64,000 nucleotides of DNA from Eutreptiella sp. 'Long Island Sound 2002' (Eukaryota > Protista > Euglenida). Both the position numbers and the translations under genes were made by a program. Under the pieces are notes generated by a model, which worked only from the letters and a program-made list of their open reading frames with translations, was not told the DNA's origin and did not search any database. The stretch covers positions 93,930,001 through 93,994,000 of the forward strand of contig OZ038378.1 of assembly GCA_964036045.1 (NCBI GenBank), read 5' to 3'. How positions within the stretch are numbered: position 1 is the stretch's first letter; each line of letters opens with the position of its first letter. Shown piece after piece: positions 48,319 through 59,259 of the stretch.

Positions 48319-51313
48319 TGTGGGGTATAGGAATTATCGTGTGGGGTATAGAGGGCACGCGATGATTTCCTGAGTTGTGTAGACCCTTCAAGGAATCATC
48401 GCCTGGGGTATAGGAATCATCGTTTGGGGTATAGGAATCATCGCTTGGGGTATAGAGGGCATGCGATGATTCCCTGAGGGGTGTAGACCCCTCTGGGAAT
48501 CATGGCATGGGGTATAGGAATCATCGCGTTGGGTACAGAGGGCAGGCGATGATTCCCTAGGGGGTGTAGGCCCTTCACGGAATCGTCCCGTGCGGTATAG
48601 AGGGCACGCGATGATTTTCTCAGGGGTGTAGACCCCTCAGGGAATCATCGCGTGGGGTATAGGAATCATCGTGTTTGGTATAGAGGGCACGCCATGATTC
48701 CCTTAGGGGTGTAGACCCCTTAGGGAATCATGGCGTTGGGTATATAAATCATCGCGTTGGGTATAGAGGGCACATGATGATTCCCTTAGGGGTGTAGACC
48801 CCTCAGGGTATCATCGTTTGGGGTATAGGAATCATCGTGTGGGGTATAGAGGGCACGCGATGATTTCTTGAGGTGTGTAGACCCTTCAAGGAATCATCGC
48901 GTGGGGTTTAGGAATCATCGCGTGGGGTATAGGAATCATCGCGTGGGGTATAGGAGTCATCGCTTGGGGTATGGAGGGCAGGCGATGATTCCCTGAGGGG
49001 TATAGACCCCTCAAGGAATCATCGCCTGGGGTATAGGAATGATCGTGTTTGGTATAGAGGGCAGGCGATGATTCCCTAAGGGGTGTACACCCTTCAAGGA
49101 ATCATCGCGTGCGGTATAGAGGGCACGCAATGATTTTCTCAAGGGTGTAGACCCCGCAGGGAGTCAACGCGTCTCATAGAGGGCACGCGATGAGTCCTTG
49201 ATCGGTGTAGACCCCTCAGGGAATGATCGTGTGGGATATAGGAATCATCGTGTGGCGTATAAAGGGCACGCGACCGTTTCCTATGGGGTCTAGACCCCTT
49301 AGGGAATCATGGCGTGGGGTATGGAGGGCACGCGATGATTCCCCGAGGGGTTTAGACCCCTCAAGTAATCATGACGTCCAGTATAGGAATCATCGCCTGG
49401 GGTATAGAGGGCACGCGATGATTCCTTGACGGGTGCAGACCCTGAGGGAATCATCGTGTGGGGTTTAGGAATCATCGCGTGGGTTATAGATTGCACGAGA
49501 TGATCCCCTCACTGGTGTAGACCCCTCATGGAATCATCGCATGGGGTCCAGGAATCATCGCATCGGGTAGAGAGGGCACGCGATGAATCCCTGACTGGCA
49601 TTACCCCTAAGGAAATCATGGCGTGGGGTATAGAAGGCACGTGATGATTCCCTAAGGGGAGTAAACCCCTCAGGGAATTCTGGTGTGGGGTATAGGAATC
49701 AGCACGTCGGGTATAGAGGGCACCCGATGATTCCCCGAAGGGTGTAGACCCCTTAGGGAATCATCGGGTGGGGTATAGGAATCATCGCGTGGGGTATAGA
49801 GGGCACGCGATGTTTCAATGAGGGGTGTAGATCCCGCAGAGAATCATGGCGTGGGGTACGGGAATCATCGCGTGGGGTATAGAGGGCACGCGATGATTCC
49901 TTGAGGGGTGTAGACCCCTAAGGGAATCATCGCGTGTGGTATAGAGGGTACGCGATGATTCCTTGAGGGGTATAGACCTTTCAAGGAATCACGGCTTGGG
50001 GTATAGGAATTATCGCGTGGGGTATAGAGGGACCGCGATGATTCCCTCAGGGGTGTAGACACCTCAGGGAATCATCGCGTGGGGTATAGAGGGCAGAAGA
50101 TTTTCCGAGGGCTGTCGACCCCTCGGGGAATCATGGCGTCGGGTATAGGAATCCTCGGTTGGGGTACGGAGGGCACGCGACGATTCCCCCCGGGGTGTAG
50201 ACCCTTCTGGAAATCACCGCGTGGGGTATAGGGATCATCGCGTGGGGTATAGAGGGCAGGCGATGAATCTTGAGGGGTGTACACCCCTCAGGGAATCATG
50301 GTGTGGGGGATAGGAATCATCGCGTGGGGTATAGAGGGCACGCAGTGATTCCGTGAGGGGTGTAGACCCTGCGGGAATCATTGTGTGGGGTATAGGAATC
50401 ATCGCGTGGGGTTCGAGGGCACGCGATGAATCTTTGAGGGGTGTACACCCCTCAGGGAATCATTGCGTGGGGTATAGGAATCATCTCGTGGGGTATAGAT
50501 GGCACGCGATGATTCTCTAAGGGGTGTAGACCCCCCTAGGAATCACTGCGTGGGTTATAGAGGGCACGCAATGATTCCTTGAGGGATGTATACCATTCAA
50601 GGAATCATCGCGTGGGGTATAGAGGGCACGCGATGATTCCTTGAGGGGTGTAGACCCATGAGGGAATCATCGCTTGGGGTATAGGAATCGTTGCGTGGGG
50701 TATAGGAATCATAGAGGGCACGCGATGATTTCCTGTGGGGGTAGACATCTCCGGAGATCATCGTGTGGGGTATAGGAATCATCTCGTGGGGTATAGAGGG
50801 CAAGCGATGTTTCAATGAGGGGTGTAGACCCCCCAAGGAATCATCGCCTGGGATATAGAGGGCACACGATGATTCCTTGTGGGATGTAGATCCCTCAATG
50901 AATCATCGCATGGGGTATAGAGGGCACGCGATGATTCCCCCGAGGGGTGTAGAACGTTCGGGGAATCATCATGTGGGGTATAGAGGGCATGCGATGATTC
51001 CCTCAGGGGTGTAGACCCCTGAGGGAATCATGGTGTGGGGTATAGAGGCCACACGATGATTCCCTGAGGGTGTAGACCCCTCACGGAATCATCGCTTTGG
51101 GTATAGAGGGCAGACGATGATTCCCTGAGGTTTGTAGACCCCTGAAGGAATCGCTGCTTGGGGTATACACTAGTCTAGAGGGGATGTGATGACTCCCTGA
51201 GGGGTGTAGACTACTCAAGAAATCATCGCTTGGGGTGTGCACTAGTCTGGAGGGGATGCGGTAATTCCTTGAGGGGTGTAGACCCCCCAGGGAATCATCA
51301 CTTGGGGTATACA
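48319..51313. repeat. Hairpin satellite: ~64-bp palindromic subunit interspersed with a 21-bp subunit
   Basis: GGGGTATAGAGGGCACGCGATGATTCCCTGAGGGG-TGTAGA-CCCCTCAGGGAATCATCGCGT alternates with GGGGTATAGGAATCATCGCGT over 3 kb. Confidence 0.97.
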
Positions 51314-53635
51314 CTTGGGGACCTATGGGGACCTTTGGGGACCTATGGGGGCCGACGCCCACCTATGGGGACTCGTGGGGGCCTATGGGGGCCTATGGGG
51401 ACCTATGGGGACCTATGGGGACCTATCGGCACCTATGGGGACCTATGGGGTCCTTTGGGGACCTATGGGGACTTTTGGGGACCTACTGGGACGTATGGGG
51501 TCCTATGGGGACGTAGGGGCACGTTTGGGGGCCTTTGGGGACCAATGGGGACATATGAGGACCTTTGGGGACCTCTGGGTACCTATGGGGGCCTATGGGG
51601 ACCTATGGGCACCTATGGGGACCTATTTGGACCTATGGGGCCCTATGGGGACCTATGGGCACCTATGGCGACCTATGGGGACCTATGAGGGCCTTTGGGG
51701 ACCTATGGGGACCTATGGGGGCCGATGGGGACCTATTGGGTCTTTTGGGGACCTACGGGCCCCTTTGGGGACCTATGGGGACCTTTGCGGACCTATGGGG
51801 ACCTATGGGGAACTTTGGGGGCCTATGAGGACCTATGGGGACCTATGGGGGCCTATGGGGACCTATCGGGTCTTTTGGGGACCTATGGGGACCGATGCGG
51901 GCCTATGGGGACCTATCCGGTCTTTTGGGGACCTATGGGGACCTTTGGGGACCTGTGGGGACCCATGGGGACTTGTGGGGACCTATGGGGACCTATGAGG
52001 ACCTATGGGGGCTTATGGGGACCTAGGGGCACCTATGGGGCCCTTTAGGGACCTATGGGGACATTTGAGGACCTATGAGGACGTTTGGGGACCTATGGGG
52101 ACCTATGGGGGCCTATGGGGACCTATGCGGACCTTTGGGGACCTATGGGGGCCTATGGGGGCCTCTGCGGACCTATGGGGCCCTATGGGGGCCTATTGGC
52201 ACCTTTGGGGACGTATGGGGGCCCATAGGGGCCTATTGTCACCTATGGGGACCTATGGGAACCTTTGGGGGCGTATGGCGACCCATGGGGGCCGACGGGA
52301 CCTATGGCCACCTATGGCCACCTATGGCCACCTATGGCCAACTCTTGGGACCTTTGGGGACCTATGGGGACTTGTGGGGGCCTATGGGGACCTATAGGCA
52401 CCTTTGGGGACCTATGGGGACCAATGGGGACCCTTGGCACCTTTGGGAGCCTATGGGGGCCTATGGGGGCGTATTGGCACCTATGTACGCCCTGTGAATG
52501 GAACTTTTGAATGAGTACGTTCACTTTGTTCATTTTTTGCCCGTTTTGCCCGTGGTACCTTGTCTTTGTGCCCGTTTGCTACGCTTACTTCGCCAAAAAA
52601 TCATAAAAATTCAGAAGACGCGGATTGTAACTCGATTTTGGCCTACTTCAGGCTAAATTCGCAAAAAAAAATTAGCGTCGCATTCAGATTCGCATCTTGG
52701 TGCACATTCACATTCGCGCAAACTTCATGCGAATTTGGCAACTTCGCGCAAATTTCGCGCCAATCCGCCAAATTCACCCGAATTTCGCCAATTTTCGCGC
52801 AAATTCGCTTTCTCATTCCATTAAGGGCCGTTCACAAAGGGTGCATATGGGGGCCTATGGGGAACCATGGGCACCTTTGGGGACCTATGGGGACCTTTGG
52901 GGACCTATGGAGGTGTATGGGGGCGCACGGGGGACTATTGGCACCTTTGGGGACCTATGAGGACCTATGGGGGTCTAGGGGCACCTATGGGGATCTATGG
53001 GTACCTTTGGGGACCTTTGGGGGCCTATGCGGGCCTGTGGTGACTTGTGGGGGGCTATGGGGACCTATGGGGGCCTATGGGGACCTATGGGGACCTATGG
53101 GGTCCTTTGGGGACCTTGGGGAACCTATGGGACCTATGGGGGCTTGTGGGGGCCTATGGGGGCTTGTGGGGACCTATGGGAGCCTATGGGGACTCGTAGG
53201 CATCTATGGGGACCTTTGGGGACCCATTGGCACCTCTGGGCACCTTTGGCGGCCTACAGGCACCTATGGGGGCCTATGGGGAGCTATGGGGACCTGTCGG
53301 GGCCTGTGGGGACCTATGGGGACCCATGGGGCCCTATCGGGGCCTACCAGGACCTATGGGGGCCTATGGGGGCCTATGGAGACCTATGGGGGCGTATGGG
53401 GACCCGTGGGGGCCTAGGGGGACCTATGCCTACCTGTTGGGACCTATGGGCACCTATGGGGACCTATAGGAACCTATGGGTGCCTATGGGGGCCTGTGGG
53501 GACCTATGGGGGCATTTGGGAACGCATTGGCATCTATGGGGACCTTTGGGGACCCATTGGCACCTATGGGCACCTATAGGGACCTATAGGAACCTATGGG
53601 CACCTATGGGGGCCTTTGGGCACCTATGAGGGCCC
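51314..53635. repeat. 10-bp satellite (GGGGACCTAT)n, interrupted by a MITE
   Basis: Directly visible; it resumes briefly at about 54005-54050. Confidence 0.97.
52486..52845. mobile_element. 360-bp MITE-like element with TATG flanking duplication
   Basis: The left end TACGCCCTGTGAATGGAACTT..GAATGAG matches the reverse complement of the right end TGCACCCTTTGTGAACGGCCCTT..GAATGAG. The interior is rich in AAATTCGC. Confidence 0.7.
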
Positions 53636-53706
53636 AGGGGTTGCCATAAGGACGCTCAGCCTTTTTTTTTTTTACTAAGGCAGCCACTCTTTGATGTTTG
53701 GTGGCT

Positions 53707-53953
53707 ACCCACCAACCGCCATCGGTTACCCACCAACCGCCATCGGTTGCACACCAACCGCCATCGGTTACCCACCAACCGCCATCAATTACCCACCAAC
53801 CGCCATCGGTTACCCACCAACCGCCATCGGTTACCCACCAACCGCCATCGGTTACCCACCAACCGCCATCGGTTACCCACCAACCGCCATCGGTTACACA
53901 CCAACCGCCATCGGTTACCCACCAACCGCCATCAGTTACCCACCGGCCGCCAT
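53707..53953. repeat. 21-bp tandem repeat x~12
   Basis: Unit ACCCACCAACCGCCATCGGTT. Confidence 0.97.
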
Positions 53954-54212
53954 CATAGGGCGTATTGGACACTCTGAGTTTTTTTTTTTAATTATGGCAA
54001 CCCCTGTGGGGGCCCATGGGGACCTATCGGGACCTATGGGGACCTATAGGGTGGGGGGCATCATCTTTTTGCACCCCCATCTTGCCACCAACCCCCGCCC
54101 CCCTCCTCCAAGCATCAGATCTATATCAGACATATCACACATCTTGTTGTATACCCTGCAAAAACAACATGCCATATCAGACATCACACATCAGACTTTA
54201 TACGCAATCCTG

Positions 54213-54677
54213 TAGGATATAGTTTAATAGCCTTTGTTTTACAACCAAAATTTGAATTATTTCTTATGAAGTTTACCTTGCTTTGAAAGTTCTAATAATT
54301 TGTAAAATTTGGCACGCAATAAAGTTTAGACTCTTTTTGAATCTTGAAATTCCATCCAAAAAACCAAACCCTTCAACACTTGAAGTTTATAAAAAAGAAA
54401 CCCGATGGAACTTGAAACCTACTTTTTTGAAAAAGAAATAACTTCGTTAAAAATTTGCTTCTCATCATCTTGCGGTTTTAACAAAAATGAACTAGAAAAT
54501 AAAAAAATTGCTCCTAAACCACCTATTTGACTTACTTCAAAGGTGGCTTTATAAACCAAATGATCCGTAATTTTAATTTCTTTTTCACCTTTTAATGTTT
54601 AGTAAATTTTAAGACTTTTTCCCAAATCAAAAAGTAAACTAGAAAGTATGAATTTAAGCTCAAAAGTTACACCGCAC
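54213..54677 (-). pseudogene. NUPT: 5' part of the atpB group II intron with maturase-like ORF remnant
   Basis: It begins GTGCG after atpB codon 52 (+1 nt). It contains a frameshifted EGF.FLGWNFKI segment (RT domain 7 of group II maturases). Confidence 0.75.
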
Positions 54678-54834
54678 AAACTACACCAATACTTTCACCG
54701 GATTCTAAAGCACTTTTTACAACTGAAGAATTATAGATACTGAGCATATTTCTTGGGGAAATTGATATTCCCATAACATGTCCTACAATTTGTTTAATTA
54801 CTCTAGTATTCGCAGTTACAGTAGATGCTATCAT
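54678..54834 (-). pseudogene. atpB: NUPT: plastid ATP synthase beta subunit exon 1
   Basis: MIASTVTANTRVIKQIVGHVMGISISPRNMLSIYNSSVV..ESGESIGVV is a decayed version of the AtpB N-terminus (QIIGPV.D..F....PNIYN.L.V). Confidence 0.8.
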
Positions 54835-54873
54835 AAAAGAAATAATGATTATTGTATTATAAAATTAGTATCT

Positions 54874-55497
54874 TTAAAGAGGGCCTGAAATGCCTTGCTT
54901 ACTAATCATTCAAAAATGAGCTAGCATAAAAGTAGCCGTCAATAGAGGTAAAACAAAAGTATGTTAACTATAAAAACGAGTTAAAGTTGACTGACCTACG
55001 CTTACACTTCCACGTAAAAGCTCAACTATACGAGAGCCTACAACAAGAATTCTATTACGAACACCTGTCACAATCTTAACTGCCCAATAACCAATTTGAT
55101 CGCACGGTAGAGAATAACCAGTAACACCAAAAAAAAAACAGTAAGTGAAGCAAGTACAACTCGAGGCCCAGTAAGTTCAAGTGGCTTCTTAAAACCACCA
55201 ATTAAATCAACTCGACGAACATGAAGAATGATCATTAAAGCCATCATGTTTGCCGACCATCTATATATATTACGAATTAGCCAACCGAAATTTACATCAT
55301 TCATAATATGCTGAACTGATGCAAACACTCTAGTCACAATACGACGATAATAAAAAGTCACAGCAAAACCAGTTGCTACTTGAATAACAAAACATGTAAA
55401 AGTAATTCCTCCCAAACAACAAAAAATATTCACGTGCGGCGGAACATATTTACTACCAACATCATCTGCAACAGCTTGAATTTCTAAACGCTCTTCA
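54874..55497 (-). pseudogene. petB: NUPT: plastid cytochrome b6 exon 2
   Basis: It reads [25 protein letters not shown]..., [26 protein letters not shown] and KQGISGPL*, with frameshifts and stops. The 624-nt length fits petB minus a short exon 1. Confidence 0.95.
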
Positions 55498-55620
55498 GTT
55501 AGGTAAGATAATTCTATAACTTGTTTACAAAACAGATTGTGAAGCTTTAACGTCATTCTGCTGCTAGAAAAATGATTCACTTAAAATAATCTCTAAAATC
55601 GCATTAAAAAGTTTTACAAG
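55498..55620 (-). other. NUPT: 3' end of the petB group II intron
   Basis: AT-rich sequence ending ...TTACCTAAC immediately before the petB Phe/Glu codons, matching the group II AY 3' boundary. Confidence 0.65.
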
Positions 55621-56961
55621 TTTGTCCTCTAAATATTTTCAAACCAACGCACAACTAATTGACTCCCTTATGAGCACCTGACCCTCTATTCCCTCATTAG
55701 CTCCACAACCACAGAGGCTTTGTTTACCACCCTACTACCTAACTCGAACTCCACCAAAGCTCTAAGATTCGAGAACACTAATCTTTACCTCCTTCACATT
55801 TCACAGAGGGAGTAAGGGTCCGAAGAAAGGTTGTGGTTGCGATCGTATAGTGCCATGGGAGTGGAAGTTCGGGGGTGAAGGATGTTGTTGACAGGTTTTT
55901 CAATTTTATGTCCCTTGTTGAGATAATAATGAAGTCGTTTCTCAGCTTATTTTGTTTTCTTTTGATTCCTTTTGTTGAGAGAGCGTTGTAGAGCTTTGGC
56001 ATCTTTGGGTGAGAGGGAGTTGAAAGAAGGTGCAGTGAAGACTTGTTGGAGGACGTCCTTTTCACGCTTTGTGGCCTTCATGGGAGGGAATTTTATAGGA
56101 GTTGGCGAGAGAAGATAGGATGTTGTTGGTGAGGCCCGCAATGGCCTTTGTGGTTGTGGTGAGCAAGGAGGTTGAATTAGAATGGGCCCACTAGTTGACT
56201 GGGGCAAGTGAGTTAACGATTTTTTTCATGTTTCATTTTTTTAGAGGGCAGTGGTACATTTCAACGTGTGGCATATGGTAAATCTTGAGTGGACTGGTAG
56301 GGATATTAATGGTGGAGGTAACGGGGTGGTGGTCGGTGATGGAAATGGTTATGTTGATGAAGGTGTTTCGGGGGTTGAATGTTGAGATGAATGAATGGAA
56401 GGCAAGGATGGGGTCGATTGTAGACTAGGGGTTGGTGAGCTTTTTGCTTTTTGGTTTGGGCCATTGGCGTGAATGAGGGTTTTGTATGCGGTAAAGATCA
56501 TTGAGGTTGGGTATAGTGTCACCGTTGGTGGGGTAGAGTTGGGTCTGGAGCCGAGGCCAGGGTTTAGGGTGTTTGGTGTTGTCGCAATCCAGTGGAGTTT
56601 GTAAGTGAGCTCGCCAACAAGAGGTGACAACGTTCGTTCAGTTGCAGTTGAGTGATGATGTGGGCGAGTTTTTGTTGATGAGAGACGATGTGTGTTTTGG
56701 AAATATTGAGCCGCGGAAACGATTGTGCCCAGGTAAGGTGACGTCTATGCTTGTTATGCAACCGTGAAGGATGGTTTGTTTGGTTCGGATGCATTAGCGA
56801 GCGACGTAGTTTGGGACGATAATTGCAGTGCCGTTGTACTTCTCTATGGCGTAGTTGTCGTAGACTGTACGGTTCAGGGTTGGGTGTAAGTTAATGGTTC
56901 GCAGGAATTCTTGGAGGCGTTGTATGCTAGTGCCTGTGCTAAAGTGCTGGAGCATTGTGGC

Positions 56962-57480
56962 CACGGGGGGTGCCCCCGCACAGGGCCCAAAATGGTTATG
57001 CGGAACAACGGTTTTTGTGGGTGCCGGAGGTGCTGGGTATTTTGTTTCAGGCATACAGCAGGGGAAAAATTTTTGCGACAACCCTATGTGTCTATACTCA
57101 AAGTACTCAGAATTTTGTGGAGAATTCAAAATTGGATGAAAAACACGCAAAAGGAATTTGACCCCGACCCAACCTCCGGCTTGGACCTTGGTCGACGGCA
57201 GCTTGAGTTGATGGGCAAATTTTTCTTGAATATTTTTCTTACGCCAATCGTGTGTATTCAAAAAGATAAGCTTGTCTTGGTAATCATTTTTAGGTTTGTA
57301 TGTTGGGGTACCCACCCCCCCCCCCCCCTCTGCCCCGGGGAGCCCGGCGGCTGACCGTCCAACCGGCCGACCCCTAATGTTTGCGTCAACCAAGCCCCCC
57401 CCCTCCCCCCCCGCGCTTTCATCCCCCACAACGGTTGCACACCCCTTGGGGTCACACATTGGCTGGGAACAGCCCCCGTG
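56962..57480. mobile_element. ~520-bp insertion with CACGGGGG/CCCCCGTG termini
   Basis: 8-bp terminal inverted repeat and a composition break against the flanking LINE. The flanks ATTGTGGC and ATTGGC are only partly duplicated. Confidence 0.45.
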
Positions 57481-58275
57481 ATTGGCTTCAATGTTGTGAA
57501 TATTTTTTGCAATCTTATGGGTGGTTAATGTTGGGGTAGTTTTGGACAAAATAGGGTGGTCGGGCGTTGGAGGTGAAGTATTTGACGGGGATTTGACGGT
57601 ACGTGGTGGGGGGATCTAGTGGTTGTTACCACGGGAGGGGGTAGGATGAGCGCTTTTGTGTGGTGGTGTTATGGGGATTGTCATTGTTGGCTTTTGTGTG
57701 TTTGTGAGGGTGAATGGAGATGTGTTGTGGGGAAATGGGTGGTTGATGGGGTGTGTGGGGGGATATGTGAAGTTGAGGATGAGGGGGTGTTGCTGAAAAA
57801 ACTGACATCATCAATGTAGTTGAGATTTGTCGAAGCTCAGACGGGGCCGATTGATAGGTGCAAGGGCAAGAATCACCCGTTTCCGGTGCATTACCGGTGC
57901 ACTATCTAGAAAAATGGGCAACATAGGAAAAGTGGGGGAAAATGGGGGTGAATGGGCTAATTTCTTTGTTCTTTGTGGAAAAACGGGGGAAACATGCACG
58001 TGAAAGCTCTAAAAATGCACTTTTTGACTGGTCATTTGGGGGGGGGGGTAGGGTCATCCAATGAGTAATGTAGTCGAGGCAAAATGGGGGAAAATGGGGG
58101 AAAATGGGAGAATTTCTTCATATTTTGCTTCAAAATGGACGAGCTTTGAATGTCAAACCTGCAATGCTAGTGCTTTTTTTTTTTCCCTGTACGTGCAAGC
58201 ATTATACCTAGGTTAGTAAGCCTCCTTGGTCTTCTCCTTGTCCAGTTTTCCCTTTCTTTTTTTGTCCCCAACACC

Positions 58276-59259
58276 ATGGAGGACGTGCATGTTTTTGAGG
58301 GCGTCACAACCGTTGGCAGTGATAATCATCCCAACATCTCCTTAATTTTTCGAGAGTATCTGAAGCCCCTCCTCCCCAACGCCCACCACCAGAGGTGTGT
58401 GGCACACATCCTCAACCTTGTGGGTGGAGACCTGCTTTCGTCTCAAATCTTGGCAGCTGTTCACAAATTGCAAACTTTGGTGAGAAGTTTCATTAAAGGG
58501 AAGCCGAGATAAAGAATGGTGCCACAAATGCCCAAATGATTGAGACACAGCAGATGTTACAGAAAGATTTCTGCACGCTCAGTTTGAAACTCGCTTTTTT
58601 GGTCAATCGTGGGCAGCCCATTTTTGACCTGATCCATGATGTCCAAGTTGCTCTGGCGCCCACATGGCGAAATTCTGGTGCACCACTGCGACCACAAATG
58701 CATAGAGTGTACAACCAACTGCTGAAATTACGTGATGCACTAGAGGATCGCACAACACATGGGAATTTGGTGGACCAGGTGCTTGAAGCTAAGCTACCGC
58801 CAAGGTTTTAATGTTGCACTCACTGCAGCTGCAAATAAGGTGAGCAAACACCTGCAACTTCTGCCCTTTGCAAAGAGTGCCAGAGTCTTGGATTGTAGGT
58901 AGCGTGCTGTCCTAGGGTCCGAGGTGGAGATGGGCAGTCAAATTGAGACATATGACTGCCTCTTCCGCAAAGGGGAGTGTAGTGATGCCTTGCGGGCTGA
59001 ATGGGACGTGTACTGGAAGCTCCCCGCAATTGCGTCCATAGCAAATTTCCGTATTCTGGACTGGTGGGAGGGTATGTCAAAGACCCTCCCCCTATTGTAT
59101 TCCGTGGCACGCTGTGCATTGGCAGTCCCCGCCACTTCATGTGACGTGGAGTGTTGCTTCTCGTCCTTGAAGTGGGTCAGGGATGAGCGGCCGCGCCGGA
59201 TGAAGTGTGAGACGCACCGTGCAGCAGTGATGCTGCGTTACAATGGCAGTCTACAATAG
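58276..59259 (+). pseudogene. hAT transposase (catalytic core and dimerisation domain)
   Basis: Motifs are GSDNHPN, RCVAHILNL (C-x2-H) and LDWWEG..LPLLYSVARCALAVPATSCDVECCFSSL (Dimer_Tnp_hAT), with stops and frameshifts. Confidence 0.88.

Larger units (their letters stand above)
45944..54212. mobile_element. 8.27-kb non-autonomous hAT-like element loaded with satellite arrays
   Basis: The 8-bp TSD TAGGATAT lies at 45936-45943 and 54213-54220. The TIRs are GAGGATTGTGTATA and TATACGCAATCCTG (reverse complement CAGGATTGCGTATA). ATCAGACATCA motifs are subterminal at both ends. Confidence 0.85.

Noticed and set aside
48319-51313. CRISPR array
   Set aside because: The repeats are palindromic, but the intervening sequence is repeated rather than unique, there are no cas genes, and the context is eukaryotic.
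47465-54215. Long repetitive ORFs (CASVC, MGTYGDLWGP, GYPPTAI)
   Set aside because: These are translations of satellites lacking stops in some frames.
54213-55620. Functional petB/atpB or contaminating plastid contig
   Set aside because: The genes have frameshifts, stops and substitutions at invariant residues, and are interrupted by a nuclear transposon with a TSD.
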